DNA of 63,295 nucleotides, filler included, from Choristocarpus tenellus KU-1152 (lineage: Eukaryota; Protista; Phaeophyceae): NCBI GenBank assembly GCA_964200185.2. It is 10 parts of 10 records of this genome, joined end to end, with 100 filler letters (N's around TTAATTAATTAA, not from the genome) between each part and the next. Parts side by side here need not be neighbours in the genome. Positions count along the whole stretch, not along the records: positions 9,600 to 24,511 come from CAXNAD020001096.1; positions 24,612 to 30,672 come from CAXNAD020009042.1; positions 30,773 to 36,963 come from CAXNAD020008714.1; 7 more parts are not named here. One strand, given 5' to 3'. Positions within the stretch are counted from its first letter, which is position 1; each line of letters begins with the position of its first letter. This document shows, piece after piece, positions 23,640 through 36,544 of this stretch. The position numbers were made by a program, and so were the translations under genes. Below the pieces are notes generated by a model. It did no database searches. It saw nothing but the letters and a program-made list of their open reading frames with translations, and was not told the DNA's origin.

Positions 23640-24611
23640 CTGCCAGGCATCCAGCCAATACGAGTTGTTAATACTTCATAGAAGGTGAGCAGGAATCAAG
23701 CCAATCCAGTTGAACTTTTCACTTGGCTGGGTGGATTTTTTTATATTTCTTTCCAATGGTACCGGTCAAGGTCCATCAGAGAGCAGAACCAGAGTGGACC
23801 ATGGACCACCCTGTTTAGATGTCTGAACAGGTCAGACTGGAGTAATTCAGATTGTAGTTGGACTGGACTGTGGGCCAGGCTGGGTGAAATATGTCTTATC
23901 GGGGTCAGACCGGGGCCATGGAGACTGAGACCGGATCAGGCCACTGGCCATGGTCACGGTCTGACCAGTCGGTCTAGTACAAAGCCCTGAAATATACCTT
24001 GAGTAACTTGCATGTGAACGTAAACTTTGAAGTCCCCTTGGGGTATGCGCAGGAGATGGAGGGTGTGCAGAATGAACTTGTCTTTTTTGTAGTGCTATTT
24101 AACAGACTCTTTTCCAAGGTGCAACAAAAAAAACAAAAATATAGGCATGGAGATACCAGAAAACACATCAGATTCTCAAATAACTTCATCTACTATCAAC
24201 TACTTGAATAAAACACCAACACACATCTACAACAATACTGCTAGTGCTATGTAGTAGAGCTACAGAGCCCTAGAGCCTTACCAAGAGGAACAACGATAAG
24301 ATTGAAGGGTAGGGGACACAGAACAAAAGACAATTGTCCACATAAACCTCTCCACCAATAGCCCGCAACTGACAATTCAAGCCAACAAGGTGTCTCCTCA
24401 ATCTTGGCACAATTACAATACAAAAAAAAGGTACAACCCCCCCCCCCCAATCACTCTGCAGCAATACATATGATATTCCCTAAGACTACAAAAACCTGGA
24501 CAAAGCTTATANNNNNNNNNNNNNNNNNNNNNNNNNNNNNNNNNNNNNNNNNNNNTTAATTAATTAANNNNNNNNNNNNNNNNNNNNNNNNNNNNNNNNN
24601 NNNNNNNNNNN

Positions 24612-24987
24612 TTTCACGTTCAGCAAAGGGGGTCGTGTGAGGCTTCACACTCTCTTATCTTCACTACTGAGAAATAGCATTACCTCCTAAGGTAATTTGC
24701 ACAGATAGCCGCTACAATTCAACACTTATGGCATGTATAGTGTGGTGGACCAGGAGTATTACCCTGTATGTTGCACCTGGATCCCGCTGCGCAGGGCATT
24801 GTTAAATCTCTACAGTGCAGTCGTCTAAACTTGATGTGATACACTGTATGTGCTGTACTGTACAAGAGAATTGGGAGCAAAACGGCGAAACCTCTCTAAT
24901 AGCGTGAAAAGTGGCGACAAGGAATTTACCCTCTCTTATATCCCGTTTTCTCTAATATTGACCTCTCTTATATAGGTACACCAATTA
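24612..24987 (-). mobile_element. Truncated second copy of the pogo-like element's left end
   Basis: Reverse complement aligns with 34284-34700, including TIR TTGGTGTACCTATATAAGAGAGG and internal GGGTAATACTCCTGGTCC. Confidence 0.85.
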
Positions 24988-25617
24988 CATTGGAAAAAGT
25001 GAGGATGGAAATAGTCCTAATAAAAGCACTTATCCAGCAGGGGCCTCACCACCTGAGGAGTTCGTGCACGATTTGATTAGAACCAGGTACATCGAAATTT
25101 TCTGTGCCGTTATATCACAAGTTCGATTCACAACACTAGTCTTTATCCTCGTACAGGTACATCAATATCACCAACCATGACGTACTCTTACACACTCCTC
25201 GCATTGTTTTCCATTTTTTCGCCCCTACGTCCTCCAATTATTTCTCACGATACTATCTATCAATAGAGTCTTTTGTTCCACATCCCACAAAATCCCGAAG
25301 GGGGGGAGCCTGAAATTGAGTAGTAAGAACGGGATGTCGGGCGCCATATTTCCAATCCCCCAGACAACAAATCCCAACCCCCTCAGACATGTTCGTTACA
25401 TACAAAAAAACTCTCTATACATTGAAGGAAAGTACTTGAACTGGGTATGTTGGAGGTTAGAAAACGGAATAGGTCAACATATTGGGAACTCTCCTCTCAT
25501 TCAAGTCCCACAGACATGTGATAGGTTGAAATCGAGTTGTCAAAAGTGTTCATATATTTGGCATCTGCTCATCTCACAGATATTTTCGTGAAATAGAGGG
25601 AGTTAGGCAGGCACTTT

Positions 25618-25878
25618 GAGCAAAACCAAGCTAGAGGTAGGTTGGGTTGTACTTTTGAGGGTCCCAAGAAAGGGCAAAGAGATGCTACTTTGTACAATTG
25701 CAGAACGAGTCTTTGCTGCATTGTATTGACACTTTGTGTGTGGAAATGGGGAGTGCATTTTTTTCGCACACGGTTGAGCACATAAAGCAACAGAATAAAG
25801 TGTACGGAACTGGGTAAGAAGGATGGCTTCGAATTGCAAAAAGGGTCCAAACCTGCCTACTCTAAACTGGTTAATTTC
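25618..25878 (+). mobile_element. MITE family C copy
   Basis: GAGCAAAACC... start, shared core, AAGGGTCCAAACCTGCCTAC end region. Confidence 0.75.
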
Positions 25879-26384
25879 TTCATTGTCGCAGGGAAGAGAT
25901 GTATCCTTTACCCACCCTGGTATGGAAGGGGAGAGGATAAATTTGTTCATGGGGAGCCAAGTTTTCCATTGATGCAGAGGACACCGCCATTTTGAAATAA
26001 AAAATAAATTATATACATATCTGTGAGTCAATCTAATCTGAAAAATAAAACTATGAAAACTACCTCGTTCTACGGCATTCAAGACGACAAAACCAAAACA
26101 CAGCTATAGAAACCCCTTAATCACAAAGTAGCCTCCTCTCTCTCGCATACTTCTGCTACCCACAATTATGACAATTATTATATTTCTGGGCGAGGGCATG
26201 GGCTCTGCATGACTGTGTGCCGCCCATATCTACTTAAGAAAAGAGGTCGATATCATGTCATTCTCAACCTCCTCACCAAATCTTGAGGAATGGAGCTCTC
26301 CTCGGCCACAAAAGGTATAAAAAAAAATGGGAGGTACTATGTAAGGGTGAATTAGAACAGCAGGGTATCAAATCATATGGTGTA

Positions 26385-28356
26385 TCATATTCTAGCAATG
26401 GAACCATGCAGTGAAGGAATAGTGTCAGCAATTTTTGCGATTATATTTTCCCAGTGTGAAAGGTCGGTGTTTGACACAGAACATTGCGAGTGATATAACT
26501 CCTTCCTCCACTGTTCTTCAACGCTGGGCCCTTTTCCCCCAAAGTTCCTATTCGCTGCCAAATTTATGGTATTGCCGGATTCCCTTCGGGTCCTTTCACA
26601 TCCATTCCAGTCGGCAGGGCCATGAGCGTATCTCTCATCGAGCACTGCAGTGTCAGGAAGTGGAGACAGGAGGGAGGTATCTGCTAACCCCGCCCAACGA
26701 ATAATCTCTTCCTCTGCATCAAGATCAGCGGCAGTTTTGGGTTCTTCAGTAACTGCCGTGATATGACCAACTGATCGCTTGGGTGAAGCAAAATGAAGAA
26801 TGCCCGTAGTGATGGGAGGTGTTTGCAGGTTGTCACCATTAGACCCAGGGGGAAACATACCCATTTCCAGGCTCGATAATTGGGTATGATGATGCAGCAA
26901 AGTCCCTCTGGCATTGTCAGCACAAGAGGGGTCTGAAACTTCGGCAGGGTGTGGGTGTAGCGCAGTGGAGGCAGTCCTATCCACTGTACCTTCTAAAGGG
27001 ATTGCAACCCTTTCGGTTACCACTGGGAGGTTGAGGCACCACTCTCTCCCAATATCCACGTTGGGTTCCATGTGAAGGTGACCAATTGAATTAATATCCG
27101 TTGAGCTGGATAGAAGATTTTGGGGAGATAAAAGGGTGAGAACGGGGAAGGGAAGAGAAGAGATGTCAGGGAGATCAATAAACAAAGTAGTACACTCATA
27201 CAGTCATTATCAAGGTAACACTTAAATATTTTCTTAACATCGCCATTGTCATTGTGAATGGAAGGGGGGTGTAGGGATGTGAAGATCAGAACCATTTTCC
27301 AAATGAGTAGCCGATAAGGTGGAAATAGGTTCATTCAGGAGTGTAGATGGCACTATTGAGGAGAAAATGGTTGTACCCTACAAGGTTGACATCCACCAGA
27401 TCGGGAATCATTTGTTGTGTGTTGCATAGTACTGAGTACTATTAAAACTGTAGCACTCTGGAGATGCTTCTTTTTGTTCTTTGCATCACTGCTAGCTCAT
27501 GCATGCACTCTGCATTATGGTTCTATGCGAGATATGATCGGTCTAATAGTTGATAGCGGGGAAGGTTCTATTCCTGTTGACATTGGGAGCAATAATTCCA
27601 GGTTTGCTGTACTGTTTATGGGGTACTATTACATTGTGTAGGCTGGTCAAATCCGTGGATTTGTGAGAGAGAGTACTTCCAAAACAGCTTTTACTGCTAG
27701 GCAGGCATGCTACACGAGGGAGTAGAACTTATACCCTGTGAGGAATAACAAATTACTGTGGGAAAGACTTCAGATGCAAGAAATGAAAAATCAATCCTAA
27801 ATCTTGTTCCCAACTTGTAGGTTGATATGGTATACACATAATCATTGAAACATCATAGATATAAACCGATTGTGTCAACAGGACTAATGAGTACTCTTTG
27901 TACTGATGCTGCTATAAATATGTGCGGATGATACTCACAATGCACAATTGAGGGTATTGAAGTGTTCAATGTGAACAATGTAGGGGCACAAGTATATGCG
28001 CAAACTCATTACACACTCACAGTTCAGCTTGCTGTTTTGCAACAGCGATCTTTCTTGGTGAAGATGTTCTGAGCAGATCCTCCAAGTCCTCGAGCCAGCT
28101 TAGATTCCCGGCATCATCCATTGCAATCTCCACTTCAGTCACATCAGAACACCTAGAATGTTCGTTCTCATTTATATTGCCAAAGTCATTGTCTGATCCA
28201 TTGACCCTCATTGCAGTGGTACCAATATGATGTCCCACACTTGGGCTTCCCTCGTATTTGTTGCTGTTGCAATCTGGAGATTTCTGAACACCCCCGCCCC
28301 CTTTATGCTTTTGTCGTTCACATGAAACGAAACGTTCCAATACGTTTTTGGGTACC
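26385..28356 (-). CDS. Hypothetical low-complexity protein exons (28356-28021 and a long ORF within 27185-26385); structure unresolved
   Basis: 336-nt exon bounded by CAG/GTGAGT and a 266-codon ORF. No recognisable domain; intermediate exons do not join cleanly. Confidence 0.4.
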
Positions 28357-28735
28357 CTGTGGAGCAATAGATCATAGGGAAGTTTGTGATGACCGAAGGT
28401 GAACATGTGTGTATATGGTGATTTGAAGAGTCGGAGTGGGACAGGCATGAATCAACGCCTGCCTACTACATTTAGCTACCTCCCCAATGCCACACCACAC
28501 CTTGCAAAAAACTAACTGGCAGCATTCCAACAGATAATTTTTTCTCTTTACTATAAAAGAGCATAATCAACCAAACATGACATACTATCGTTAATAGAAG
28601 AACAGACTCCTAGTGTATTTGCTGAGCTACACTTGCTTGTCACTCCATCAGCAGGAGTTGTATGGTTCAGTGACTGTTCTTTGCACAAAACAATATATTT
28701 AGGGAACAGGTCAGGGTTAGTAATAGAAACCTACA

Positions 28736-28992
28736 GAGCCAAAGTAAACGAGAAGGCACCCAGGTTTTAGTTGTTTTGCATGATAAGCCACAGTTCAATC
28801 TCTTGCACTTCACCCTTCTTTCTACGGACAAAGTACCATGACTGGGTGCAGCGTGTTCATTTCTGTATTGTTTGAAAAAAATCGACAGGATTCAAAAACT
28901 TTCATACACTTTCATGTAGAAAAGACCCGAATTTTCCAAATATTTGTCATCCATAAAATGCAATCCTGCGTACCTCTGATTTATTTTAATTC
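28736..28992 (+). mobile_element. MITE family B copy
   Basis: Starts GAGCCAAAGTAAACGAGAAGG; internal homology to 18278-18526. Confidence 0.8.
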
Positions 28993-29007
28993 ACTACGTG
29001 TTGCATA

Positions 29008-29257
29008 GAGTCAAAGCATTGAAGAGGGTAGGGCCGCGTCCGTTCGGAATCATAAATCCAATGTTGCGATTTTGATGGATATTTGTTTGTTAGCAAGTGT
29101 CAATATCCTTGCTCCAGACACACCTTTCACAGTCATACACATTTTAGGTAACTATGTTCACACAGAAAACCGAAAAAGGGCATAAAAAACCTGTGGGAAG
29201 CCAAGCCCCGAACGAACAAACAGAACCAAACTCCTACTCTCTGAAATGCTTTGGGTC
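29008..29257 (-). mobile_element. Diverged MITE family A copy
   Basis: GAGTCAAAGCATTGAAGAGGGTAGGGCCGCGTCC...CTTTGGGTC, ATA/ATA flanks; colinear with 59523-59783. Confidence 0.8.
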
Positions 29258-30791
29258 ATAATTTAAAATAGTGTCAATGGATGCAAGCACTGTGAAAAAT
29301 AAAATATGTCTAGGGGGGATGTCGCAGGGTAACTGCATCCTATCAGTTCAATACGACTGTTCTCTTGTCTGAATGGAACTGTTCAAAATTTCTAACCATC
29401 TACAAGTCTTGGTATGAACTAGTTAATTGTTTCTATATATGTATTGCTCCTCATCTCCTAATCTGAGATAAAATCTCCATCAAAGTCATCAACAGACGTT
29501 TAGGCACAAATGTTACAGCTATGCCACTATACAAGAGTGATTAACACCATTTCTTTGCATGCTTCTGGAAAATCTACGAAATAAGAATCGAAAAACTCTA
29601 GTGAATTCACTCTTTGTGTCATGTTCAATATCAAACACTGCCAGTTGGAGAGTAGAGACCAAAAAGGTGAAAATGGTCGGAATAGGGTTTTTCAGAACAG
29701 CAATATCACAAACACTTCACTTGCTGAGAAAGGTGATCAAATAGTGTTTACAGAAATGTCAAATATCTCTCCCGCAGATAACGACAGCTGCATGGATACC
29801 TGACACATTGATAACACAACAATCACAGTATAACAGGTTTAGGTTCTATAGTGCTGTAAGATTACTGTGGTTGAGGGGCAGATTGAACCATCATTATTGT
29901 AGTTAAGTTACCTTCCAGTTGTCCTTCTGTTCGTGCTTATATTTGGTGGTTTTGCCGTCAGACTACAATAGCACTTGCAATAATTATGTGAAAGAGATAG
30001 GACAATGGGGTCTCCATTCTCTCTACGATTACACCTTGAGTTAGGGTCAGAAGAAAGAGTTTTTCTTGGCTGGGTCTTGGAAGCACAATTTGACTTACTT
30101 GGCCATTTCTTTCCCGGGCAAACAGCGTCTTCTTCGATTGTTATTGAACCATGTCGAGCTGTTTTAGATTAGTAAAGGCGTGCCGCACCCGGAAGGCAAG
30201 GTGGGGTCAGGATTGTAAAGGGTACTGTTATTCATGATTGCTTTCAAAATTGTTGACATATAGAACTGTGACAACAATCTCAAAAGAGGTTTAGTAAGGT
30301 ATGGAATGATCGAAAAATACAACATTGTTCTTCTGCGTTTAAGTATTTTTCCACAATGCTCACACACTCTTTGACTCTTTCACATTACGTTCATACGATC
30401 CTGACATTACTGCCTCACAAAGATAACAACAGTGCTTAAAAAGGTCTCCAAAGGCTTAAAAAAGGACACAGGAGGAATAGGATAACCATGGTGATCTCGA
30501 GTAAAAAAAGAGAAAGGGGTGGGTGAAATTGCATATGAAGGGTTGTGAGGAAGAATTGAGCTGTCCACGGAATAAGAAAAATAACTGTCCCCGCCAATAT
30601 GACCTACATGTCTGATTTTTACTATAATAATATGAATGCATGGGTCAAAGTATCTGGGGGGGGGGTGTCGGCNNNNNNNNNNNNNNNNNNNNNNNNNNNN
30701 NNNNNNNNNNNNNNNNTTAATTAATTAANNNNNNNNNNNNNNNNNNNNNNNNNNNNNNNNNNNNNNNNNNNNCCCCCAGATTCTTTGGGTC

Positions 30792-33700
30792 TCGTCCCAA
30801 CCAGTGAGGGTTCGACTGACTATAATGTGTTGCCAGTGGGGATGTATGTCGTCCTCTTGCTGAAGGTCTGTGCCAGTATAAATGACAGGTTCCACCACTG
30901 CATCAGTAGCTATTCCTCGGAGTGCCTGAGAACAAACTGGAACAAGCATTTCCGTGCCAGGAGGAAGGTGTATCCTTTTTACTGTATGTACTGGTGTAAT
31001 AAATTCAGATGTGATCTCTGAAATTGAAAAATGAGGTGGTGCATTTTGAGTGAAAGTATCTTAGAGGGTACGAATTTTGCCCTGTTTGTCCACTCGGGGC
31101 TTGGCTTCCCATGGGTTCTTTTATGACATTTTTCTACTCCAAAATGTTTCGTAGTAGGTAAAATATATACGTTATGAAAAGGTGTGTCAGGTACATGGAT
31201 GTTGACACTTCCTAAAAAACGCGATAGCCAAAATTACATCAAAATCGCCACATTGGATTTTGGTCCCCAAATGGACGCGAATCTACCCTCTAAGACACTT
31301 TGGCTCTTTTCAGTCTGGCAAATATCTCTTGGGGGGAACAGATGGGAAGGGGTACAATTTTGTGTTTTGCTGGAATGCATTTATCACTGTCTTTAAACGA
31401 CATTTCCTCTCTATTCCAATCTAGCACTGCCCCAAATGCCGACATTATGCTGCTATCTGATAAAATTTTATCTACTCCCAGATTAGGTATGACAACTGCT
31501 TGGACCGGCATTGATATGTCAACAAGTCGTAGTGTAAATTGAATGAAACCACTAACAGATAAGGGTCTACCGCCTGCTCCTTTTCAATTCAGAGCGCCTG
31601 CTGGAATCTCCCAAATGGATGCCTTGCAAAGTGTTGGGTGGGCTTCAATGTATCGGAGTGATATTACTGGGATGTCAGTAGCAGTATCAACCGTAATGTT
31701 CATTAAAGGTTCGTTTTCTACATAACCAGGAATTTGTACGTGGCAAGATTAAACATTCAGCATGCGAGGGGAGTTAGAGTAATGTTGGATTGCTGATGTG
31801 TGCCAAAGGTATGAAAACGTGGAACGACACATTTGAGGTGTAAAAGAAACGTCACCCACGCCCAAAAGAGGTTGTGACGAGCACGAAAGAGCAGATGCAA
31901 CAGTTGTTACATGTCCTGCATGTGGCAACCTTTAGTGTGCTGACCTTAAGTGTTTAAGATGTGTATTAGATGCTATCTCTTCAACATCTGAGTCTGCCCT
32001 AAACAACAAGTCCCTAGTTATGCTCTGATTTTCTAACCCTACAGGTTCCGTGGAAACAGACTCTGCAAGGCACCCCTATTTCTGACCAGTCCTCGTACGT
32101 TTCTTGCCAGGTTTACTATTGTCTTGATCAGTATTGGAACTTGTGGGGACCGGAAGCAATGAGGTCGTCAGGCGAGCAGTAAGTGCTGACAACAAACGAT
32201 CTAATGACTGCTTGGTGTGATGATCACGTCGATCCCATCTAGCGGAACGTTCTGGAACATTCCTTGAGGGGTGATAATTGCAGCCATCAGGGTTGGCCCA
32301 GCAGGCATCTGTGGAGTGTCCCCGACACAATCTTGCATTTCAGCCTTCAAACTCACAAGTCGGGCGGGAATCGTGGGGCTCAGGGCACGTTGAAGTCAAT
32401 TATTGTGAGGGTTTTTCAGGCACTTGGGGACGTCTTTTGGCTTTCAACTGTCTAATCTCGGAGTTAGCTTGCTCAAGGTCAGCCGCGAGGCCCTTTGCAC
32501 AGTCAGCAACGGCCTCATGTCGGTAAGTCTCAAGTCCGTCAATTGTAAGTTATCCAGATTGTCAGCAGATATGCTGAATGTCGCTACATGGGCAAACGAT
32601 CCTCTGTCTAAACTCGACATGACTGACGCTTGACCTATAGCAGCATCAACTAGGGTGGCAAAATCTTCATACCGTTGAGGACTCAAATGCAAACCCCCAG
32701 AATTGAAGGAAAAACACCAACATTGAAGACACAGTACCTAAGTCGGCCCATGAGCAGAGAAATCAGGTCGGCTGGGGTAAGGTCAACGGGGTCGAGGTCA
32801 CATCTGTCTTGCGGGTTCACTCTCAACTAACGTGTAAAACAATCAATCGACTCAATTCCCCTCCTTGCAAACGCCCGAACATCCTCCTTCGGCTCGTGAC
32901 AAATGTCGATCATGCTACAGAAGGTTCCACCAGAGGATTCGGCACGGAAAATTCCTTCAGACTAGCAGTCACAAATTCTTGCCATGGTGAAACATTCAAA
33001 GTTTCATAGAACGATCAAACACTTGCTTGATCGGGACTGGTACCCCTAGGTATCTGATGTTGAAACAGTCGCAGGCACATATCGCCTAGACTTTGTTCGT
33101 AGGCCGGAATGCAGCTCGATTCAACTGATTGTCTATTGACCATTGCAAATGGCGCCCACACGATTCTTGAAAATAGTTAACAACTTGTCAAAATTGGAAA
33201 CTGGAGGGCAACCTTGTTCGTGGACATCCCAAAAACGCATTGGGGGTAAGTCTTTATGGGAAGTAATTTATAACAACGAGGGGGTTTCCGTGAGCATTTT
33301 CAGACACAGACGGGTTTTTGGACTCTGGGTGAGAAGTACTCATCTTCATATTTAAGGTTTGCATGGCCGCTGCCACCAAACCTTGGTCATGCAGAGTCCC
33401 CTCCATCACCTCATCAACAATCTTCTTGGCGTAGACGAGTTGGCGATCCATGTACATCTGGATATCGAACGTTGCCACCACACTGTCTTCGCCTTTTTCC
33501 TCGTGGTCTTCTGCCAACACGCTGAACCGGTTCAGACCTGAATTACGGGCAGGGCCTTCCCTCAGCCTCTGCTCCGTCATCCGTTCCTGCTCTAGCAAGC
33601 CACCAGGGTCGCCTTTGTCTACAGATGTGGAGGCGAGAATCGGTTGAGGTTGGGCATTAATGCGATCCTCTCATTACCTCGATCAGTTGTCATCATGCTT

Positions 33701-33890
33701 AAGGTCACCTTCTTCTTCCCCTTCCTTGTAGCCGACTTCTCCTTGCTGTTGGCATTAGATGTGGCGATAGGTGAGGGAGTGGTAATGTCAGATATAATGT
33801 GGCATGAGTCAGTCCCCTTGGACACCCGGCGTGAGTACCACTGTGGAAGTGTCAAGGTGCCAAAGCTCTCTGCACAAGAGGGCAATCACA
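30792..33890 (-). mobile_element. Ty3/Gypsy LTR-retrotransposon remnant (gag, CCHC knuckle, aspartyl protease, start of pol)
   Basis: Degenerate knuckle CKI/CRGHSTDAC (~32295-32335), protease ITVDTATDIPVIS (~31660-31700) and VIPNLGVDKILSDSSIMSAFGAVLDW, then HLPPGTEMLVPV; many stops. Confidence 0.75.
31048..31306 (+). mobile_element. MITE family A inserted in Gypsy pol
   Basis: GAGTGAAAGTATCTTAGAGGGTA ... TACCCTCTAAGACACTTTGGCTC; TTT/TTT flanks. Confidence 0.92.
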
Positions 33891-33900
33891 ATCACCAGAC

Positions 33901-34259
33901 TGAACTCTTCCACCTCAGAGGGTGAGACCGAGTTTCACTGGTCTTGACCCAACATCTCAAAGTCAGTTGGGGAAATCCAGAACAGCATAAAAACCTGAAA
34001 GCACAACAGATGCCCCAAAATGGCTGACCAACGTCACAGCATAGAAATGGATCGGCCAGAATCAGAATGGATCTTCGTTCTGACAGTCCTTTTGAGTGTT
34101 TGGTCAAATCCGGATCTTATGGGTGTGGTTGGTTTTATGAACTGGTCAGTATGGGCGAGTTCCAATGACGTGGTTGGTGCGCGCAAAATGTGTATGACCG
34201 CGCGTCTTATCCACATATGTGTGTGTCGGAGATCCCCAAAAAGGAACCTTTCCCTGACA
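33901..34259 (-). mobile_element. Candidate 5' LTR of the Gypsy remnant with PBS-like TGGTGATTGTG
   Basis: On minus: TG...CA-bounded segment followed after 3 nt by TGG, just upstream of gag. No second LTR available for confirmation. Confidence 0.35.
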
Positions 34260-34283
34260 CAACATAATAATATTATGCATATA

Positions 34284-36438
34284 GAGTCCGTGTACCTATA
34301 CAAGAGAGGTTAATATAAGGGAAAACGGGATATAAGAGAGGATAAATTGTCTTGTCACGACTTTTCAGGATATGCGAGAGGTTTCAGTGCTTTCCTTCCA
34401 ATTCTTTCTTATATTGAGCAAACTCGCATTTTTTTCACTGGTTGAAAAGCCATAAGTTTAAGTAAAATATAATAAAGTAAGGCACGTAGCTGCTTGAGAC
34501 CAGCAGGACACAGCATAGCAGTCTTTTGTCTCTCAGTACTGCAACGTACAATAATACAGTATATCACATCAAGTTTAGATGACTGCATTGTACAGATATA
34601 ACGATGTTCTGCGCAACGAGGTCCAGGTGAAAAATATAGGGTAATACTCCTGGTCCGCCACACTGTCCATGTCATAAGTGTCACGTTTGTAGCGGCTATC
34701 TTCATGGCACTTGCGGGGTCGTGGATCATTTTGGGGCCAGTGAAATGAAACGTGTATGCAAATTGTGCGCGAGCCCCACCAGGCGCAAGGCTTCAAGTCC
34801 ACCAGCCGGTGACAACACGGCATTGAAGCGCCACGATAAGAAGAAAAAGGCTAAGGGAGTGCTGCCAAATAAACCTACGGAGAGATGTGCCCTACAAGCC
34901 TCACTGTGCCGACAATTGTAAACACTTGAGCTTTGCAGAGAAGGTGGAAGTGTTGACACTCCTGAAGACCATGACGTGAACTGCGGTTGCTCAATAGCTT
35001 GGAATCAGTTACAGCACCCTCTACATGTTGAAGGAGGCAACAACCATCATGGAGAAAGTGCAGACGCTGAAGCCTAACGCCAAGTCTACGAGGGGCGCCA
35101 AACATGTCGAGGTGCGTCAGCGCTTGGATTGGAAGTCTGAAAGTAGGTTGATTGTGATCGCGATTGGATTATCTTTCTGCACTGTCTCCTAATGAGGATC
35201 ATGAATGAATTCTTGAAATTTTGCACATGTTTCTGTCATATACTGTAATGTCTGTACAGTGTACTGCAGTATCACGGGTGACCATTTTGCTCATAGAGGT
35301 ATTTGCTCGTAAATGTATGTCCCACAAGGTGTCCCAATATAATAATGAAGGTCTCTCCGATGCTCTTGATGCTCTGCACCTCAGACCCGGTGGAAAACCG
35401 TCATAGGCTTCTATCGACGCAGGGAGAGCGTAGATCGGTGTGGAAGACAATGATGAAGTGGTCAATGCGATACTAGAGGACATGAAAGACCAGATGCTCG
35501 AGGAATCCTTGTACCAGTCAGACAATGAAAGCTCGGGTGACGAGGATGACGGTGGGTTTATGGGAGGGGGCAGCACATCAGGGGCCGTGAGGAAAGGAGC
35601 AGCCTCTTCAGTGTTCTCGATTCCTCCAACGTTGTACTCTCAAGTAGCTGACGAGTTTGCAAGATTAGAAACAACCACTTAAGAGTACAGCATGAACGAT
35701 TTTTCGTACTAATATATCTCCAGAAAGCAAAGCTGACTTGACTTAGAGCAATCGGGGCAAGGGCAATCAAACAAGCGGACCTCCCCGATTTTTTTGGCAG
35801 TCGCGATTTTCTTATTAGTGAATAAGTAGTTTTACTCAGTGTGTGCAATGGAGGGTCCATGGCGATACAACTGCGTTTGATTCACGGTGGCGTTTTTGAT
35901 ACTGTCTGTATAATATTCTTGTAGAGTGCAATTGAATGCGTAGGGCAGGGCATCAGAGGAAGATTGGCTCTGAACGTTGATTTGTCTGTCCAGTCATCCA
36001 ATGGCTTGTGGATGCTTTCCTTGGGAAGGGGTACTATACATACGAGTGAATACATGATAATGAATGTAATTTACGAAAGTTGCAGTACTATGTACATACG
36101 ACAGTGGTATATTGTGGAGGGGTGGTGTAGATGTGGTCCTTGCTGCACCACCACAGGTTCATCGAAATGGACTCACCAAGGGCAATGTTCAATACATATC
36201 TTCATGTAGCTACTCCTGAAGGCACATGGGAAGCACATATAGCAAGGGCGATGCTTTGTCATCGTTCAGGTACAAGTATGAAGGGCCTGCGAGTATTGTT
36301 GCTCGATATAACATAGGTTTCTCCTTATCACGATCCCTCAGTTTAAGACAAAAGCGCCCTTGTATAAAATAAGAGAGGATAAGGATATAGTTTTTTTTTC
36401 GCTTGCCCATACTCTCTCTGATAAAGGTACACCAACTG
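34284..36438 (+). mobile_element. Internally deleted pogo/Tigger-family DNA transposon
   Basis: TA-flanked TIRs (TA-GAGTCCGTGTACCTATAC / GGTACACCAACTG-TA); CENP-B/psq HTH remnant KHLSFAEKVEVLTLLKTMT*TAVAQ*LGISYSTL (~34920-35025); acidic tail EDNDEVVNAILED; no DDE core seen. Confidence 0.8.
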
Positions 36439-36544
36439 TATATATAAAATGATCATGTATGAAAAGTAACAAATAGAATAGGGTTTATAAAGGGGAGAAG
36501 GAACAAAAACTGAAGAATAACTTGAGTTTAGAAACCAATATGGG

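Noticed and set aside
30642-30791. Matching poly-G TIR ends on both sides of a gap as one element
   Set aside because: Flanks (CAT vs TCG) do not form a TSD, and the flanking contexts are unrelated.
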